From positions 1-64,000 of the forward strand of contig JAUCBJ010005512.1 of assembly GCA_032718475.1 (NCBI GenBank): a DNA stretch of 64,000 nt, written 5' to 3'. The position numbers and the translations under genes are program-made. Below, piece after piece: positions 62,171-64,000 of the stretch (its first letter is position 1; every line of letters starts with the position of its first letter). The notes beneath the pieces were generated by a model. The model made no database searches. It was not told the origin of the DNA and was given only the letters and a program-made list of their open reading frames with translations. Source of the stretch: Nemertoderma westbladi. Its lineage: Eukaryota; Animalia; Xenacoelomorpha.

Positions 62171-63791
62171 TACGTCTGGAGTGGGTGTATGTCTATGTTA
62201 TTTTATCTGTTTTTATTACATTTTTATATGTAAATGTTATTATGTACGTTATTATAATCGTTTTTATTTAATTTTATTTAGTAAAATGTTATTTTAGAAT
62301 ATTTAGTAAATTAGTGCAATATATTAGTGTTTATTACGTACATAATTACTTATAATATATATTTAGTGCGACGGCAAGAAGTAATTATTTTCTCTTTCCT
62401 TACTGTCCGTATTATATTATAAATGCGAGACTATAGTAAGATGACATGTCAGTACTTCTTAAAGTACAATAAAGCCACTACTATATTTAAGTATTATTGG
62501 TAGGCAGAGTATTAGGAATGCAGAGTTCAGATCCTCGTGTCTCGGCTAAACCAAGCTCTGGGTAGACCTTGGAAACGACTTGCCTCTTCACACTGACATT
62601 GCTTCGTGCGATATTGCTCTTCTACCTTATAACAAATAATACATATAGTAGCGTGATGTCCCTCTAACAGTAGCGTAAATCGCAAATAAATCTGTTAAAC
62701 TTTTGACCATCTGTAATTCTAGTCGATTAAGATATCGTGGCACCCACCGATATACTTGAAAGACAAATTCTAGAATCAGTGGTTAACGTCCCCAGACACA
62801 TTCTGGAATAAATCGGTGCCTATCCTAAATATTAATTTAATATTTATTAAAATCTGTAAAATTCAGATCCGTTAACAATTCTAGTCGATTAAGATATCGT
62901 AGCACTTACCGATACTCTTAAAAGACAAATTTCATAGAATTAAGGATCCTATGTCCCCAGACCTGCTCTGGAATCAAATTGTGTCAATTTTAACATCAAA
63001 TAATAAAATTCACGGGAATAAATTTAAATTCATATTCGAATGAATTTCATAAATTGTCATTTTGTGCAATTTATAACATTCCCAAAATTCCAGTAATTAA
63101 TAGATCATGGGAGCGGAGATTCATATTGAGTGTACTAGAGTGCGAGAATCTCCAATATATAGTCAATAGCCGATAAAATTTATAAAATCAGGCATAAAGA
63201 GAAGATTGACAATTAAAGAATTACTATTAAATAACATCCCAGATCTGTATACATGAGAATTGCCCTAATTCTACCGCTAGTTTTCCATAATGTCACCATG
63301 GCAACACCCACGCTAGAATTAGAAGCAAGTTAAAGGAACAATAAAAAGCTTGCCCCATTGCGTAGCATAAGAGTATACATAGCGCACTATTAGTATCCAA
63401 GGATACATAGTAATAACGTGACATTCTGGAAGACACTGACTAACGGACAAATGGCATGCATGTGTGCAGTAAGTAATGATTGTATGGAATTTGTGCGTTT
63501 ATAGGTGAATGTTACTACTAAAGTGTGTTTACAGTAGCTAATCGCAATTGTAAAATAGCCCTAACTCTACCGAGATAACCTCAAGTGGATTCAAGACTTT
63601 GGGACGGAGAGTGGTGGGACTTGTGCCGGTTATCGTTGTCGTGCTGTTGCTACATGTTGGCGTAAACACTGCGACAGCGGTACATCGGCGCTGAGAAACC
63701 CACTGTCCGGGGGCAAAAGCCTAGTAGGCAGCGACGCCCGCTTGCCTAAAATATTAACTCATATTGATATTAATAAACTCAGATAGCAGAT

Positions 63792-64000
63792 ATGACGGAA
63801 TTGATAGAAGATGACCTTGGTATTAGAGAGCGATATACTTTACCTTTGCAAGCGTTTGTGGATAGCTTGATACGCGGTGAAGCCGATCCGACTATTACGG
63901 AGGACGATGGTCGTTATATCGAACCGGCGATGTCCCAGGAACAACTTACGCGTGAATTGGACTATAGAAAATTCACCGCTCGCTATACGAATCGTAATGG
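63792..64000 (+). CDS. Accessory 3' ORF of element 2, N-terminus (truncated by the window edge)
   Basis: MTELIEDDLGIRERYTLPLQAFVDSLIRGEADPTITEDDGRYIEPAMSQEQLTRELDYRKFTARYTNRN aligns to the 43971 ORF with many synonymous changes. Confidence 0.75.
   Translation, partial: MTELIEDDLGIRERYTLPLQAFVDSLIRGEADPTITEDDGRYIEPAMSQEQLTRELDYRKFTARYTNRN

Larger units (their letters stand above)
52041..64000 (+). mobile_element. BEL/Pao LTR retrotransposon, potentially autonomous copy (element 2), running off the window
   Basis: 1210-bp LTR, ~2.2 kb leader, intact gag-pol, and a 3' region colinear with element 1. Confidence 0.96.

Overview
Eukaryotic, repeat-dense genomic DNA, probably from a marine invertebrate (inference). 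From left to right: (1) a ~10.4 kb head-to-tail array of a Helentron/HINE-like unit with alternating long and short spacers; (2) decayed RTE-like LINEs, one with a 5' inversion that was later split by a solo LTR; (3) a two-exon uncharacterised host gene on the minus strand; (4) a 10.3 kb 61-bp satellite plus 40-bp and 43-bp minisatellites; (5) the first four exons of a secreted astacin metalloprotease gene with an antistasin-like Cys module. Its introns hold two related BEL/Pao LTR retrotransposons: an internally deleted copy with near-identical LTRs and a TSD, and a copy with an intact 2253-aa gag-pol. The standout observation is in this BEL/Pao family. There is no tRNA-type PBS. The bases abutting the 5' LTR are instead perfectly complementary to a site ~450 nt into the element's own LTR, and the two diverged elements show compensatory changes, which points to self-priming. 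Between that site and the PBS lies a large covarying RNA structure. The family also has duplicated structured RNA modules in very long UTRs and a non-env accessory ORF. All alignments and pairings were done by eye.
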